From: Blastocatellia bacterium UBA7656
GTDB lineage: Bacteria; Acidobacteriota; Blastocatellia; UBA7656
Direction of reading: 5' to 3'
Length of the DNA: 64,000 nucleotides
NCBI GenBank assembly: GCA_002483445.1
Contig: DLHY01000054.1
Coordinates: 9,149 to 73,148, forward strand
The notes under the pieces were generated by a model, which had not been told where the DNA came from, made no database searches, and saw only the letters and a program-made list of their open reading frames with translations. How positions within the stretch are numbered: position 1 is the stretch's first letter; the number at the start of each line of letters is the position of its first letter. This document shows, piece after piece, positions 10,361-21,121 of the stretch. The position numbers and the translations under genes were made by a program.

Positions 10361-12025
10361 GTGATGTTGAATAACTTAAGATTCAGGTACAAAGTAACTC
10401 TCTTGCCCGCGCTTGCGGCAGGAGCTTTTTTGTTGATCCTTCTCGTGTCCATATTATGGGGGAATGATAACGAGCAACGTCTCAAGCTCATCGAAACCTC
10501 ATACTACCCCTCGCTGGAGATGAGCAGAGACCTGGAAGAAACCCTCTCGTCGATACGGCGGGAAATTCAGTACGCTTCTGCCGCGGGCGATATGCGCGCC
10601 CTGACCGGAGCCGATGCTCTGCGAGACGGTTTTCTGCATCGGTTGGAGAAGGGATGGAACGACTCTGCAATCGGGTTTGACCAGATGCAGCAGATCAGGC
10701 TCGGGATGCAGGACTACTACACGGTGGCTCGCGGAGTCACCCAAAGAATGATAAGCGGTGAAACGGGCGAAGAACTGAGCGCGATCCTCGATTCGGCAAG
10801 CGCCAAATACAACGATCTGGGGCAAAGACTCAGAGCAAACACGGAGAAGGGCAAACAGGAAATTGCCGCGGCATTTGCCAATACACGAGAAACTCAAAAG
10901 AGAGCGACCATAACGATAACGGTGATCATCCTCCTCTGCGTTTCACTGCTGATCGGCGCATCACTGTTCATTACACGCGCAGTGACGAAACCGCTCGGCG
11001 AGGCTGTTCGAGTAGCCAATGCCCTGGCCGGGGGCGACCTCAATAGCAGAATCGAGGTGACTTCAACGGACGAAACCGGGCAGTTGATGTCCGCCATGAA
11101 GGAAATGTCGGAAAAACTCAGCCAGATCATTGGGGAGGCGCGATCCGGAGCAATCGCTCTTTCTTCGGCGGCGGCGCAGGTGTCGTCAACTTCTCAGAGC
11201 CTGTCTCAGGGTACAAGCGAGCAGGCGGCAAGCGTCGAGGAGACTACATCAAGCCTGGAGCAGGTGGGAGCATCTGTCAGCCAGAACGCAGAAAACAGCC
11301 GTCGGACCGAGCAGATTGCCATTAAAGCGGCAAGGGATGCAGAAGAAAGCGGCAAGGCCGTCCAGAATACAGTTGAAGCGATGAAGTCGATAGCCGAGAG
11401 AATATTGATCATCCAGGAAATCGCCTACCAGACCAATCTCCTGGCCCTCAACGCTGCCATCGAAGCCGCGCGTGCGGGGGAATACGGAAAGGGTTTTGCC
11501 GTCGTCGCTTCCGAAGTGCGGCGTCTGGCCGAGCGAAGCCAGATGGCGGCAAAAGAGATCGGAGGGCTGGCTTCCTCAAGCGTGAAAGTAGCCGAGCAAT
11601 CCGGTCAGTGGTTGATGGAGTTGGTGCCTTCGATTCGCAAGACAGCCGATTTGGTTCAGGACGTGGCGGCGGCATCGAGCGAGCAGGCGACCGGTGTGAT
11701 GCAAATGAGCAAGGCGATGAATAAGGTCGAGCAGGTGACCCATCGCAACGCTTCGGCTGCGGAAGAGCTTGCATCGACAGCCGAAGAATTGTCCTCCCAG
11801 GCGCAGGTGCTCCAGCACTTGGTAGAGTTTTTCCGGGTGGACGGAAATGTAGAAAACCGGCGCGATGGAACCGTTTCTCGTGCGCGCTGGGCGGGTCAGC
11901 CACCGCTCTCCACAGCCCTCAGCCCAGTTGGAAGCCATTCGCCGGTCAGCACAAACCTGACTACGAATGGAGACAGGCGGATATCAGAAGAGGCTATGCC
12001 CGATCTGGACTTCAGGCGGTTTTAG
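10361..12025 (+). CDS. Methyl-accepting chemotaxis protein (2 TM, periplasmic helical sensor, HAMP, C-terminal pentapeptide)
   Basis: [40 protein letters not shown]; ends DFRRF. Confidence 0.95.
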   Translation: MMLNNLRFRYKVTLLPALAAGAFLLILLVSILWGNDNEQRLKLIETSYYPSLEMSRDLEETLSSIRREIQYASAAGDMRALTGADALRDGFLHRLEKGWNDSAIGFDQMQQIRLGMQDYYTVARGVTQRMISGETGEELSAILDSASAKYNDLGQRLRANTEKGKQEIAAAFANTRETQKRATITITVIILLCVSLLIGASLFITRAVTKPLGEAVRVANALAGGDLNSRIEVTSTDETGQLMSAMKEMSEKLSQIIGEARSGAIALSSAAAQVSSTSQSLSQGTSEQAASVEETTSSLEQVGASVSQNAENSRRTEQIAIKAARDAEESGKAVQNTVEAMKSIAERILIIQEIAYQTNLLALNAAIEAARAGEYGKGFAVVASEVRRLAERSQMAAKEIGGLASSSVKVAEQSGQWLMELVPSIRKTADLVQDVAAASSEQATGVMQMSKAMNKVEQVTHRNASAAEELASTAEELSSQAQVLQHLVEFFRVDGNVENRRDGTVSRARWAGQPPLSTALSPVGSHSPVSTNLTTNGDRRISEEAMPDLDFRRF

Positions 12026-12030
12026 GAGGG

Positions 12031-12642
12031 ATGACTATTATGAGCGCAATGGTTGAAACCCACAATCAGACTCAATACTTCACCTTCTACCTGGCGGGAG
12101 AAGAGTATGCCATTGCCGTTCTCAAGGTGAAAGAGATCATTGAATACTCCGAGATCACCCGTGTGCCGAGGACTCCGCAATTCATTCGCGGGGTAATAAA
12201 CCTGCGCGGAAGCGTAGTGCCTGTCGTTGACCTGGCTGTTAAATTCGGCTTGCCGGAAAGCCTCGTCACCAAGTGGACATGCATAGTGATCGTTGAGGTA
12301 GACCTGGAGGGCGAGCAGACTGTGATGGGGATAATGGCTGATAGCGTCAACCAGGTCATCGACTTGCTGCCGGAGGATATAGAAATGCCACCGAGCTTCG
12401 GGACGCGGGTACACATCGACTACCTGTCGGGGATGGGAAAAGCCGGCAAGAAGTTCGTGCTGATCCTGGATATAGACCGAGTGCTATCGACTAACGAGTT
12501 GCAAGCAGCCGCCTCACTGCAAGCGTCGCAACCAGAGGAGCTATCCCAGGTGGATAACGAGGGATCATCGGATTCGGCAGCAGAAGGATTTTCGCCGCAG
12601 GATGACTTCGTGATGAGAGATGAGGAGGTCAGTCTCTTATGA
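12031..12642 (+). CDS. cheW: Chemotaxis coupling protein CheW
   Basis: QYFTFYLAGEEYAI, IRGVINLRGSVVPVVDL; acidic C-terminal tail. Confidence 0.95.
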   Translation: MTIMSAMVETHNQTQYFTFYLAGEEYAIAVLKVKEIIEYSEITRVPRTPQFIRGVINLRGSVVPVVDLAVKFGLPESLVTKWTCIVIVEVDLEGEQTVMGIMADSVNQVIDLLPEDIEMPPSFGTRVHIDYLSGMGKAGKKFVLILDIDRVLSTNELQAAASLQASQPEELSQVDNEGSSDSAAEGFSPQDDFVMRDEEVSLL

Positions 12643-13520
12643 TGGGAGTGGATCACAGGAGGGTGACTCCCCAGTCGATAACCGATAGAGAATTCGGACT
12701 GTTTCAAGCATTGATCCACCGCGAGACAGGTATCTATCTCCCTCCGGCCAAGAAGGCTCTGCTGGTCGGGAGACTCAGCCGACGTTTGCGCGAGATGGGG
12801 CTGACTTCCTTTGCCGAGTATTATTGCAGAGTAGTCGAAGGCGACGACCAGGAACGCGTTCGGATGATCGACAGCATTTGCACGAATGAAACCCACTTTT
12901 TCCGCGAGCCTGGCCAGTTCGACTTTCTCCGGCAGCATATCTATCCGCAGTGGATCAGGGAGGCGGAGTCAAGGTCGAGACCCAAACAGATAATGGTGTG
13001 GAGCGCAGCCTGCTCTACGGGCGAAGAGCCATACTCGATTGCTATGAGCCTGCTTTCTCACTTTCCGCTCGATACGGGCTGGCAGATTGAGATACTGGCA
13101 ACCGATTTATCGACCAGAGTCCTGGAAAAGGCTCGCAATGCAGTCTGGCCTCTGGAAAAATCAAGGGAGATACCCACTCCGTACCTCAAGCAATTCATGC
13201 TCAGGGGTACACGATCTCAGGAGGGGGTGATGAGAGCCGGACCGGAGATAAGGTCGGTGATTCGCTTTCACTATCTCAACCTCAACGCAGACTCCTATCC
13301 TGTGAGCGGCGATTTCGATTTGATCTTCTGCCGCAACGTCATGATTTATTTCAACGCGGAGACCAGGCGTCGAACGGTCGTAAAACTCCTCAACCATCTC
13401 AATCCGACGGGCCATCTGTTGCTCGGACATGCAGAGAGCCTCAATGGCGTGACCGACCAGGCACGCTGTGTTATCCCGACCGTGTACTCGCCATCGGGAG
13501 TTAAAAAACCGCCAGGATGA
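12639..13520 (+). CDS. cheR: Chemotaxis methyltransferase CheR
   Basis: TNETHFFRE, WSAACSTGEEPYSIAM, FDLIFCRNVMIYF, LGHAES. Confidence 0.95.
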   Translation: MMGVDHRRVTPQSITDREFGLFQALIHRETGIYLPPAKKALLVGRLSRRLREMGLTSFAEYYCRVVEGDDQERVRMIDSICTNETHFFREPGQFDFLRQHIYPQWIREAESRSRPKQIMVWSAACSTGEEPYSIAMSLLSHFPLDTGWQIEILATDLSTRVLEKARNAVWPLEKSREIPTPYLKQFMLRGTRSQEGVMRAGPEIRSVIRFHYLNLNADSYPVSGDFDLIFCRNVMIYFNAETRRRTVVKLLNHLNPTGHLLLGHAESLNGVTDQARCVIPTVYSPSGVKKPPG

Positions 13521-13595
13521 AGGTTGCCTGGTGTTTGAAATCCGAATTTGCTGCTTCAATAGTCGTACAGGCTGAGAGGATATTCCCTCTCTGAT

Positions 13596-14729
13596 ATGAG
13601 TAAGGTGAAAGTGACAACAGGAAGAAACGGAGCCTCGGATCGAAAAGGGAGATCCAAAAGACACCTGAATGTGCTTGTGGTCGACGACTCGGCGGTAGTG
13701 CGTCAGGTGATGGCAGGCTTGTTGACCGGGCAGTGCAATATGAGCGCGATTACGGCAGCCGATCCGTTCATCGCCATGCAAAAGATGAAGCAAGCCCGTC
13801 CCGATGTGATCGTCCTCGACCTGGAAATGCCCCGTATGGACGGGCTGACCTTTCTGAGGAAGATCATGGCCGAAGACCCCATTCCGGTGGTGGTCTGCTC
13901 CAGCCTTGCAGGCGAAGGCACGGAAGCCGCCTTTCGCGCCCTCGAAGAAGGCGCTGTCGATATAGTGACCAAACCGCAACTCGGAGTGAAAGGGTTCCTC
14001 GAAGATTCCGCAACGATACTCATCGACACGATTCGCGCTGCGGCCCACGCGCGCGCGATACCCAGGAAGAAAACCTGCGCCGAGCGCATTGCGACCGGCC
14101 CTCTTGTGAGAGCAGACAAACCGCTGCTCGCCGGAACAACGATGAAGGTGGTGGCCATCGGGGCCTCAACCGGAGGAACAGAGGCGCTCAGAACGCTGCT
14201 CGAAGCGATGCCGTCTGATTGCCCTGGCATCGTGATCGTCCAGCACATGCCGCAGCTTTTCACCGCTGCATTCGCCCGCCGCCTCAACCAGATTTGCAGA
14301 ATCGAAGTGAAAGAGGCAGTCAATGGCGACAACCTTATCGAAGGCAGGGCGCTGATTGCGCCTGGAAACAAACACATGTCGCTTGATCGCAACGGCGCGC
14401 ACTACATTGTAAGGATCACCGATGGGCCTCTGGTCTCGCGTCACCGGCCCAGCGTCGATGTATTGTTCCGGTCTGTCGCTCGCGCTGCAGGTGTGAACGC
14501 CGTCGGAGTGATAATGACCGGGATGGGAGATGACGGTGCTGCTGGCTTGCTGGAGATGAGGGATGCGGGTGCTGCGACCATAGCACAGGATGAAAGAACT
14601 TCGGTGGTATTTGGCATGCCCAAAGAGGCCATTGTCAGAGGCGCTGTTGATGAGGTGGTTCCGCTTCCTAAGATACCATCGATCATTCTGAAGAGGGCAG
14701 GACGACCGTGCCAAGAAGGACGTAACTGA
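13596..14729 (+). CDS. cheB: Chemotaxis methylesterase CheB (REC plus esterase)
   Basis: [43 protein letters not shown]. Confidence 0.95.
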   Translation: MSKVKVTTGRNGASDRKGRSKRHLNVLVVDDSAVVRQVMAGLLTGQCNMSAITAADPFIAMQKMKQARPDVIVLDLEMPRMDGLTFLRKIMAEDPIPVVVCSSLAGEGTEAAFRALEEGAVDIVTKPQLGVKGFLEDSATILIDTIRAAAHARAIPRKKTCAERIATGPLVRADKPLLAGTTMKVVAIGASTGGTEALRTLLEAMPSDCPGIVIVQHMPQLFTAAFARRLNQICRIEVKEAVNGDNLIEGRALIAPGNKHMSLDRNGAHYIVRITDGPLVSRHRPSVDVLFRSVARAAGVNAVGVIMTGMGDDGAAGLLEMRDAGAATIAQDERTSVVFGMPKEAIVRGAVDEVVPLPKIPSIILKRAGRPCQEGRN

Positions 14730-14856
14730 TGATTTCCGAGTATGTATAAATGGTTGACGGGGTGCAAACTAGGCCATTTCAAAGATCAACCATCAACTTC
14801 ACGGTGATGGTCTACTAACTCTATTTCGCATCCCCCCATAATCTGCGAACTCTCAA

Positions 14857-14883
14857 TGTCGCCTTTCGCCTATAAAGGCGACA
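14857..14883. terminator. Hairpin between convergent cheB and HTH gene
   Basis: Perfect 10-bp inverted repeat TGTCGCCTTT-N7-AAAGGCGACA; no long U-tract. Confidence 0.4.
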
Positions 14884-14919
14884 ACGCTTGAGGGGCCGCT
14901 CTTGAAAACTCAATGATCC

Positions 14920-15396
14920 TCATTCCCCTACTCTGATAAACTGCGGCATCAGGCCGCCTTCCTCGCAGAAAAGCGACATAGTGAGGAAGTTCTCTAATAT
15001 CCTCACTGACCTTCTGGTAGGGCGATGCCTTCCTGTCTCCCACCCTGCAATATTGCTTTCGTCAATTCCTGTGATCTGTGCCATCCTCTTTCTTGATAGT
15101 CCCATGAGCCTTCGGTATGAAATGAGGCATTCCGTCAGAGGTTCCGGCTCTTCAAAAGGAACGTAGCCGAGAAACTCGATGATCTTGGGCAAATAGCGAA
15201 TCGCCGGGACGACTCGATTCGTTTCCCCATACTGAATCGTAGTCTTATCCACTCCGATCAGATTGGCAATCTCTCTTTGGAGCAGTCCCAATTCGAGCCT
15301 TCTCTTTCTCAAATGGTCTCCCAGAGTGTCGAGGGAAGGGGGATAGCGTGAATCTCTTGGCTTTGTGCCACTTAATGTGACATGGCAAAAAGGCAA
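14920..15396 (-). CDS. Tandem XRE-family helix-turn-helix protein at the island junction
   Basis: Two HTH units ([30 protein letters not shown] and [33 protein letters not shown]); TTG start lies at the comM junction. Confidence 0.8.
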   Translation of the reverse strand: MPFCHVTLSGTKPRDSRYPPSLDTLGDHLRKRRLELGLLQREIANLIGVDKTTIQYGETNRVVPAIRYLPKIIEFLGYVPFEEPEPLTECLISYRRLMGLSRKRMAQITGIDESNIAGWETGRHRPTRRSVRILENFLTMSLFCEEGGLMPQFIRVGE

Positions 15397-15788
15397 CGAA
15401 TCCCTGTCCCTGTGGATTTTTCAATGACCCGACCAGAGAGTGCAAATGCACGCCCATTCAGATTCAGCGTTATGTGTCGAAGATATCGGGGCCGCTGATG
15501 GATCGAATCGATATTCACATAGACGTGCCTGCGGTGAAGATCAAAGAACTCACGGGCGAGGCTCAGGGCGAAAGTTCTCAAGTGATAAGCGAGCGGGTCG
15601 TTCGTGCGCGAAGGACTCAGCTTGAAAGATTTCGCAGCGAGAAGATTTACTGCAACGCAAAGATGAGTCCGCGCCTGATACGAAAGTATTGCGAGATAGA
15701 CCAGCAGTCGAAGGCAATGCTTGAAAACTCGATCACGCGGTTAGGGCTATCGGCCCGCGATTATGATCGCATACTGAAAGTGAGCCGC
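15393..15788 (+). pseudogene. comM: comM/YifB Mg-chelatase-like ATPase 3' fragment, truncated at both ends
   Basis: In-frame [44 protein letters not shown]...[16 protein letters not shown]; the expected TIADL tail is absent. Confidence 0.88.
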
Positions 15789-15826
15789 GGACAGAAGAGG
15801 GCAGGGCCAATCTGTTCTCTGCTCAA

Positions 15827-16198
15827 TCAATCTCTGTTCTGTTTTTCGGGCGGGTCTATCAGATAATCGAAGCTGAGCCACAAACTCCGCGCGTACCTGT
15901 AGAAAGCAAGCGGCACCGTGAAGGCAAGAGCCAGGAGGAAATAATAAATGCGCTCGTCTCCCGCTGGCAGTATGAAAAGGCAGACGACGAAAGCTATCAC
16001 GATGACTGCTTCAGTGAAGATGACGTTGATGTAAATGGAACCGACGAAGTAGCCCTGCTCGCGAAGAAAAACCATCCCGCACGAAGAACATCTCTCATTC
16101 GTTTTGACTACCGCGCTGAAGACCCTTCCCTCGCCGCAGGCCGGACATCTCAGCCTAAGCCCGCGAGCGAGAACCTGCTTTGCCCTTTGAAAATTCAC
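15827..16198 (-). CDS. DUF983-like zinc-ribbon membrane protein
   Basis: [11 protein letters not shown]...CSSCG...[13 protein letters not shown] plus two TM segments. Confidence 0.8.
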   Translation of the reverse strand: MNFQRAKQVLARGLRLRCPACGEGRVFSAVVKTNERCSSCGMVFLREQGYFVGSIYINVIFTEAVIVIAFVVCLFILPAGDERIYYFLLALAFTVPLAFYRYARSLWLSFDYLIDPPEKQNRD

Positions 16199-16204
16199 GC
16201 GCGG

Positions 16205-16624
16205 TCAAATCTCGCACATCGCTCTGTCGCTCAGTCCTTTGTTAGTCGATGCGTCGTGCAGGAGTTCGGATACGACTCTTGCGAGTTCAGGCAGCGGTTT
16301 GGGTTTGCGAAGGAAGGCGTCGGCTCCGCGTTCGAGGGCTTCTCGTTCGATTTCAGGAAATCCGTAGGCTGTCAGGATGATGACTTTTGCAGGGATTCGC
16401 TGTCCGCGCACGAAATCGATGAGGTCAAGCCCTTCCATATTATCTGTACCCGTCAGCCTCAGATCGCTTATGACTGCCGAATAATCGTTTTTTGTTGTGA
16501 GCGATTTCGCTTCCTCGATATCCTGCGCGCAATTGACCTCGTAACCTTCGGCCATCAGGTACATTTTCATTGCGAATAGAATAGAAGGCACATCATCGAC
16601 AAGAAGGATGCGGTCTACTGACAT
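16205..16624 (-). CDS. Single-domain response regulator
   Basis: ILLVDD, ISDLRL, ILTAYG, LRKPKP. Confidence 0.88.
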   Translation of the reverse strand: MSVDRILLVDDVPSILFAMKMYLMAEGYEVNCAQDIEEAKSLTTKNDYSAVISDLRLTGTDNMEGLDLIDFVRGQRIPAKVIILTAYGFPEIEREALERGADAFLRKPKPLPELARVVSELLHDASTNKGLSDRAMCEI

Positions 16625-16783
16625 GCAATGCTCCTTTATCGGCTATCAGACAGGATGTGCGTGGGGGATATCGCACTCAGCCGGTTTTGGGTTCCTCTCA
16701 TGTCCGGCTCACCAGTTCCGGGTTGCCCGTCAACTGCGTGTCTTTTATGTCATGAATGCAGTTGATTAAGCAAGAGAAATTTT

Positions 16784-17701
16784 TTACAACGCCAGAAAGC
16801 GCACCGCGCCGGGAAGGACTCTGACTCGCGCTGGAGTGTGACCGACCATTTCGCCATCTATATCGACGGCCAGAGGAGAGTCTGATGTTATGGAAACCTC
16901 GCGCGCCCTTCGCTCCATCACTTTGGGGTTTTTCAGATGCCCGCCCCATCGTATTCGCGGAAGCTCTCTGATTATGTCCAGCCTTGAGGCGCAATCTGTG
17001 AGAATGACATCCAGCAATCCGTCATCGAGTTCGGCGTGAGGAGCGAACATCATCCCGCCTCCGGCGTATCGCCCGTTGGCTACAGCTATCAGAAAACTTT
17101 CGATCTGAATTTTCCGGTCATCCAGTTCGACTTCGACTCGGACGTTTTTGTACGCGGCGAGCGCGCGGACGGCTGCGGCTGCGTATCGAAGCTGCCCGCC
17201 AAACCATCCAGGGAGACGGTCGCGCCAGCCATTGACTATAGCGACCGCCTCGCCGCCAAGCCCGAACGACGCAAGATTGATCATCGTGCGCGAAGCCGCG
17301 CCGTCTTTCGTGGCGAATGTCGCCTGCGCCGCATCGATCCTTGTGCCTTCGGATTTCAGAATCGAGCCGATATCGACTGATCGCGCCGTGAGCGAACGTT
17401 GAAAATCCGATCCCGTCCCGCTGGCTATCAACCCAATCGAAGCCTCCGGGTTGACCGCATTGCCCGATGAATCGAAGTAGCCGTTGATTATTTCTCCGAG
17501 AGTGCCGTCTCCGCCGACAGCGATCACGCGGCGAGCGCCCCGAATGAGAGCTTCGCGCGTGACTGCTGAGGCCTCGCCCGCGCCGGAGGTCAGATGCTCT
17601 TCGAACTCCGAGCCGGAAAGCTCTCGTCGCGTCTCGCCCCACAAGCGAAGCGTGCGGCCTCGCGCCGAGGCCGGATTGATGATGAAGAGGGTTTCTTTCA
17701 A
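16784..17701 (-). CDS. Diacylglycerol/lipid kinase family protein (YegS/BmrU-like)
   Basis: IINPASA, AVGGDGTLGE, GTGSDF, ANGRYAGGG, IDGE. Confidence 0.9.
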   Translation of the reverse strand: MKETLFIINPASARGRTLRLWGETRRELSGSEFEEHLTSGAGEASAVTREALIRGARRVIAVGGDGTLGEIINGYFDSSGNAVNPEASIGLIASGTGSDFQRSLTARSVDIGSILKSEGTRIDAAQATFATKDGAASRTMINLASFGLGGEAVAIVNGWRDRLPGWFGGQLRYAAAAVRALAAYKNVRVEVELDDRKIQIESFLIAVANGRYAGGGMMFAPHAELDDGLLDVILTDCASRLDIIRELPRIRWGGHLKNPKVMERRAREVSITSDSPLAVDIDGEMVGHTPARVRVLPGAVRFLAL

Positions 17702-17703
17702 AT

Positions 17704-19062
17704 CTATTTAGCGGCAGCCGGAGCGATGGGGGCGCTCTGCCCGGAGAGCTTTTCAATGCGGGTTTCGACTATTCGATTGCGGGTGGTCGCCGTCACAGTC
17801 AACCGCATCCGGTTATAGTCGACGCTTTCGCCCTGTTTGAGCAACCGTCCGGCGCGCGCCATCATGAATCCTGCGATGGTGTGATAGCTGTCCGATTCGG
17901 GAAATCCCAGATAGAGCAGCTTGTTGGCATCCTTGATCGAAAGCCTGCCGCTGACGGTGTAGCTTCCGTCCGGGTGTTCGATGACCTGGCGCGCGGCTAT
18001 CTCGTCGTGTTCGTCCCGTATATCGCCGACTATTTCTTCGATCAGGTCTTCGAGCGTCACAAGCCCTTCGACCCCGCCATGTTCATCTACGACCATTGCC
18101 ATGTGCGCGCTCGATAGTCTCAGACTGCGCAGCGCATCGTTGAGCTTGGCCGACGTGGGCAGAAAAACGGGAGGGCGCATGACTTCTTCGAGGCGGAACT
18201 CAGCCCCTCGCCTCACCACGCGGCTCAGGTCTTTGTAGAGCAGAACGCCGATGATGTTGTCGAGCGAATCGCGATAAACGGGCATACGCGAATAGCCGAT
18301 CTTTTCTAACTGCTCGAGCATTTCAGCCGTTGGAAGGTCTGCGTCGAGAGCTTCGATTTCCGTTCGCGGCATCATCACGCTTTCGACCGTCGCTTCGGTG
18401 AAATCGAAGACGTTCGAGATCAACTGCTCTTCGTCTTCGATCAAGTGGCCGCTCTTATGGCTGAGCGCGATGAGGTGGCGAAGCTCGTCTTCGCTGTACG
18501 ACGACACATGCTCGGCAGTGGCGCGCAATCCGAACAAACTGACGACCTGTATGCCCGCGCGATTGAGCAGCCATATCGGCGCTTTGAAGAGCCTGTAAAA
18601 TATTTCCATCGGGCGCACGACTGCCAGAGCCACTGCTTCGGCCCTCTCAAGCGCAAGCGTTTTGGGAGCGAGTTCGCCCAGCACGATATGAAGGAAAGTG
18701 ATGAGCGTGAAGGCCGCGGCAACAGCCACCGAATGCGCGGCGACTTCAGAAGCACTATCCGGCAGAATGGCGTGAAAGACCGGCGTCAGAAGATGAGCGA
18801 GAGTGGCTTCGGCTATCCACCCCAATCCGAGGCTGGCAAGCGTGATTCCAAGCTGAGTGGCAGAGATGTAAGCGTCGAGTTGATCCAAAGCGCGCAAAAG
18901 CCTTTGCGCTCGCTTGTTGCCTTCAGCAGCCTGCGTTTCGACTCGCGACCTGCGGACGCCTACCAGAGCGAATTCCGATGCGACGAAAAAACCGTTGGCC
19001 AAAACGAGCGCCAGCACCGCGGCCAGCTTGAATAAAACGGCTGAAACGGACGACTCATCCAT
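17704..19062 (-). CDS. Hemolysin-family CNNM-CBS-CorC transporter-associated protein
   Basis: NGFFVASEFALV, ATQLGITLASLGLG, LGELAPKTLAL, YSRMPVY, VVDEHGGVEGLVTLEDLIEEIVG; start placed at MDESS. Confidence 0.92.
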   Translation of the reverse strand: MDESSVSAVLFKLAAVLALVLANGFFVASEFALVGVRRSRVETQAAEGNKRAQRLLRALDQLDAYISATQLGITLASLGLGWIAEATLAHLLTPVFHAILPDSASEVAAHSVAVAAAFTLITFLHIVLGELAPKTLALERAEAVALAVVRPMEIFYRLFKAPIWLLNRAGIQVVSLFGLRATAEHVSSYSEDELRHLIALSHKSGHLIEDEEQLISNVFDFTEATVESVMMPRTEIEALDADLPTAEMLEQLEKIGYSRMPVYRDSLDNIIGVLLYKDLSRVVRRGAEFRLEEVMRPPVFLPTSAKLNDALRSLRLSSAHMAMVVDEHGGVEGLVTLEDLIEEIVGDIRDEHDEIAARQVIEHPDGSYTVSGRLSIKDANKLLYLGFPESDSYHTIAGFMMARAGRLLKQGESVDYNRMRLTVTATTRNRIVETRIEKLSGQSAPIAPAAAK

Positions 19063-19109
19063 AGAGACTGCGATTCTATCAACCACCCGTGTTGATGACC
19101 AGAGTAGAA

Positions 19110-19165
19110 GAGTGTGGGAGTATGGGAAATGAAAGTTCATCCCCCATACTCCCATTCACCCACTC
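19110..19165. repeat. Octamer-unit (GGGAGTAT-like) tandem-inverted palindrome
   Basis: gagtgtgggagtatggg...cccatactcccattcacccactc. Confidence 0.7.
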
Positions 19166-20655
19166 ACCCAGCCGCGTGCGCGCTCCAATGCGTGCGTCCA
19201 TCCTTCTACAAGAAGGTCGCGCTCGCTCGCTTTCATCTGCGGCTCGAATGTTCGCTCGCGCTCCCAGAGTCGGGCTATCTCATCTACACCCGGCCAGAAA
19301 CCAACTGCGAGTCCGGCGAGGAAGGCTGCGCCTGCGGCTGTAGTTTCCGTGTTCGAAGGGCGAACTACGGGGATGCCTAAAAGGTCGGCCTGAAACTGCA
19401 TAAGAAAATCATTCTGCACGGCGCCGCCATCGACGCGCAGTTCCTTCAAGTCTATCTTCGAATCCTCGCGCATACATTCGAGCACGTCGCGGGTTTGATA
19501 AGCGATTGATTCGAGCGCGGCGCGAACTATATGCTCGCGCGTCGAGCCGCGAGTAAGCCCCACTATGGTTCCTCGCGCATACTGATCCCAGTGCGGAGCG
19601 CCGAGACCGACGAATGCGGGGACGAAATAAACTCCGCCGTTGTCTCGGACGCTTGCGGCCATCGCTTCGGTTTCTGCTGCGGAAGAAATTATTTTCAATC
19701 CGTCGCGCAACCATTGAATGGCCGCTCCCGCGATGAAGACGCTGCCTTCGAGCGCGTACTGCACAGGTTCCTCGGCGATCTTCCACGCAACGGTCGTGAG
19801 CAGATTATTTTTCGAGGCGACTTTTTCGCTGCCCGTGTTGAGCAGCATGAAGCAGCCCGTCCCGTAAGTATTTTTCGACATGCCTGGAGAAGCGCAGACC
19901 TGGCCTAAGAGAGCCGCCTGCTGATCGCCTGCATTGCCCGCGATTGGAATCGCGCGACCGAAAAGCGAAGGGTCGGTTTCTCCTATCACCGCGCTCGAAG
20001 GCGAGACGAGGGGAAGCGTCTCGCGCGGCACTGAGAGAATTTTCAGAAGCTCGTCATCCCAGTCACCGCGCTCGATGTTGAACATCAGAGTGCGGCTGGC
20101 GTTTGAGGGATCAGTCGTATGCACGCGCCCGCCCGTGAGGTTCCATATCAGCCAGGTGTCGACGGTGCCGAAAGCGAGTCTTCCCTCGCGCGCAAGGTCG
20201 CGCGCGCCGGCGACATTATCCAAAAGCCAGCGGGCTTTCGTTCCTGAGAAGTAAGCGTCGAGGACGAGACCCGTGCGCTGTTGAAAAAGCGACGCAAGAC
20301 CTTCGCTGCGCATACGGTCGCAATCCTCGGCGGTGCGACGGCATTGCCAGACTATTGCGTTATGAACGGGCAAGCCCGTTCGCCGATCCCACATAATGGT
20401 GGTTTCGCGCTGATTGGTGATTCCTATTGCGACCACCTGATCGGGCTTGACGTTCGATTGGGCCAGGACGTTTCGAGCGGCATTGAGTTGAGAAGACCAT
20501 ATATCGTGCGGACGATGTTCGACCCATCCGGGCTGCGGGTAGAGTTGATCGAATTCCTGTTGAGCGACGGCCACAGGTTTTCCGGCGCGGTCGAAGAGAA
20601 TGGCCCGCGAACTCGTCGTACCCTGATCAAGAGCCAGTACATAGTCCTGATTCAT
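19156..20655 (-). CDS. glpK: Glycerol kinase
   Basis: [45 protein letters not shown]. Confidence 0.97.
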   Translation of the reverse strand: MNQDYVLALDQGTTSSRAILFDRAGKPVAVAQQEFDQLYPQPGWVEHRPHDIWSSQLNAARNVLAQSNVKPDQVVAIGITNQRETTIMWDRRTGLPVHNAIVWQCRRTAEDCDRMRSEGLASLFQQRTGLVLDAYFSGTKARWLLDNVAGARDLAREGRLAFGTVDTWLIWNLTGGRVHTTDPSNASRTLMFNIERGDWDDELLKILSVPRETLPLVSPSSAVIGETDPSLFGRAIPIAGNAGDQQAALLGQVCASPGMSKNTYGTGCFMLLNTGSEKVASKNNLLTTVAWKIAEEPVQYALEGSVFIAGAAIQWLRDGLKIISSAAETEAMAASVRDNGGVYFVPAFVGLGAPHWDQYARGTIVGLTRGSTREHIVRAALESIAYQTRDVLECMREDSKIDLKELRVDGGAVQNDFLMQFQADLLGIPVVRPSNTETTAAGAAFLAGLAVGFWPGVDEIARLWERERTFEPQMKASERDLLVEGWTHALERARGWVSG

Positions 20656-20763
20656 TCGTTATCCTCCAAAGCAGGTTGCGAAAATGCCGTGCAATGATAG
20701 CACCCGATGCTCGCGTTTCGAAAGACATGTTCGGTTTGCGCTTTATTTCGGAATGACTGATTT

Positions 20764-20782
20764 TGACTGCATCGGTCAGTCA
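20764..20782. promoter_or_regulatory. Putative activator-binding palindrome upstream of the S8 protease
   Basis: TGACTGCATCGGTCAGTCA; related copy TGACCGAAACCGGTCAGTCA at 24458-24477. Confidence 0.35.
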
Positions 20783-20980
20783 GTTTGACAGAAAAGGCTT
20801 TTGTGCTGATTGTCACGTAAAACGAGGGGTTTCGATGATTGAAAAACGATATTGAGCGCGGCAGCGGCGCTAGTGGCCAGGGCTAAAAGCAATCATTCGC
20901 CGATGTTAAAGCCGTCTCCTGAAAGGTTGTTTTCGCAACGCGACCTGTGATAAATATGCGCGCCGCGCACGTTTGCTTCA

Positions 20981-20997
20981 TTGGCACATTGATTGAA
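20981..20997 (+). promoter_or_regulatory. Putative sigma54 promoter (-24/-12)
   Basis: TTGGCACATTGATTGAA = TGGCAC-N5-TTGA (GA variant at -12). Confidence 0.5.
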
Positions 20998-21121
20998 TAA
21001 AGGGGATCGACCTTAGCACTCTATATTTGATTAAAATCCAAGCGGATATTCGCCAAAGCTGTCAGAAGTCGTAGTTGGTTTTCAAAAGACAATGAGCCCC
21101 ACGATTGAGGAAGGGAAGGAT

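Larger units (their letters stand above)
1..15400. mobile_element. Right portion of a putative comM-integrated genomic island (left end and integrase outside the window)
   Basis: A comM 3' remnant begins abruptly at ATNPCPCG (15393-15416) with no upstream comM sequence; a tandem-HTH gene abuts the junction; comM is a known integration hotspot. No recombinase is visible in the window. Confidence 0.55.
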
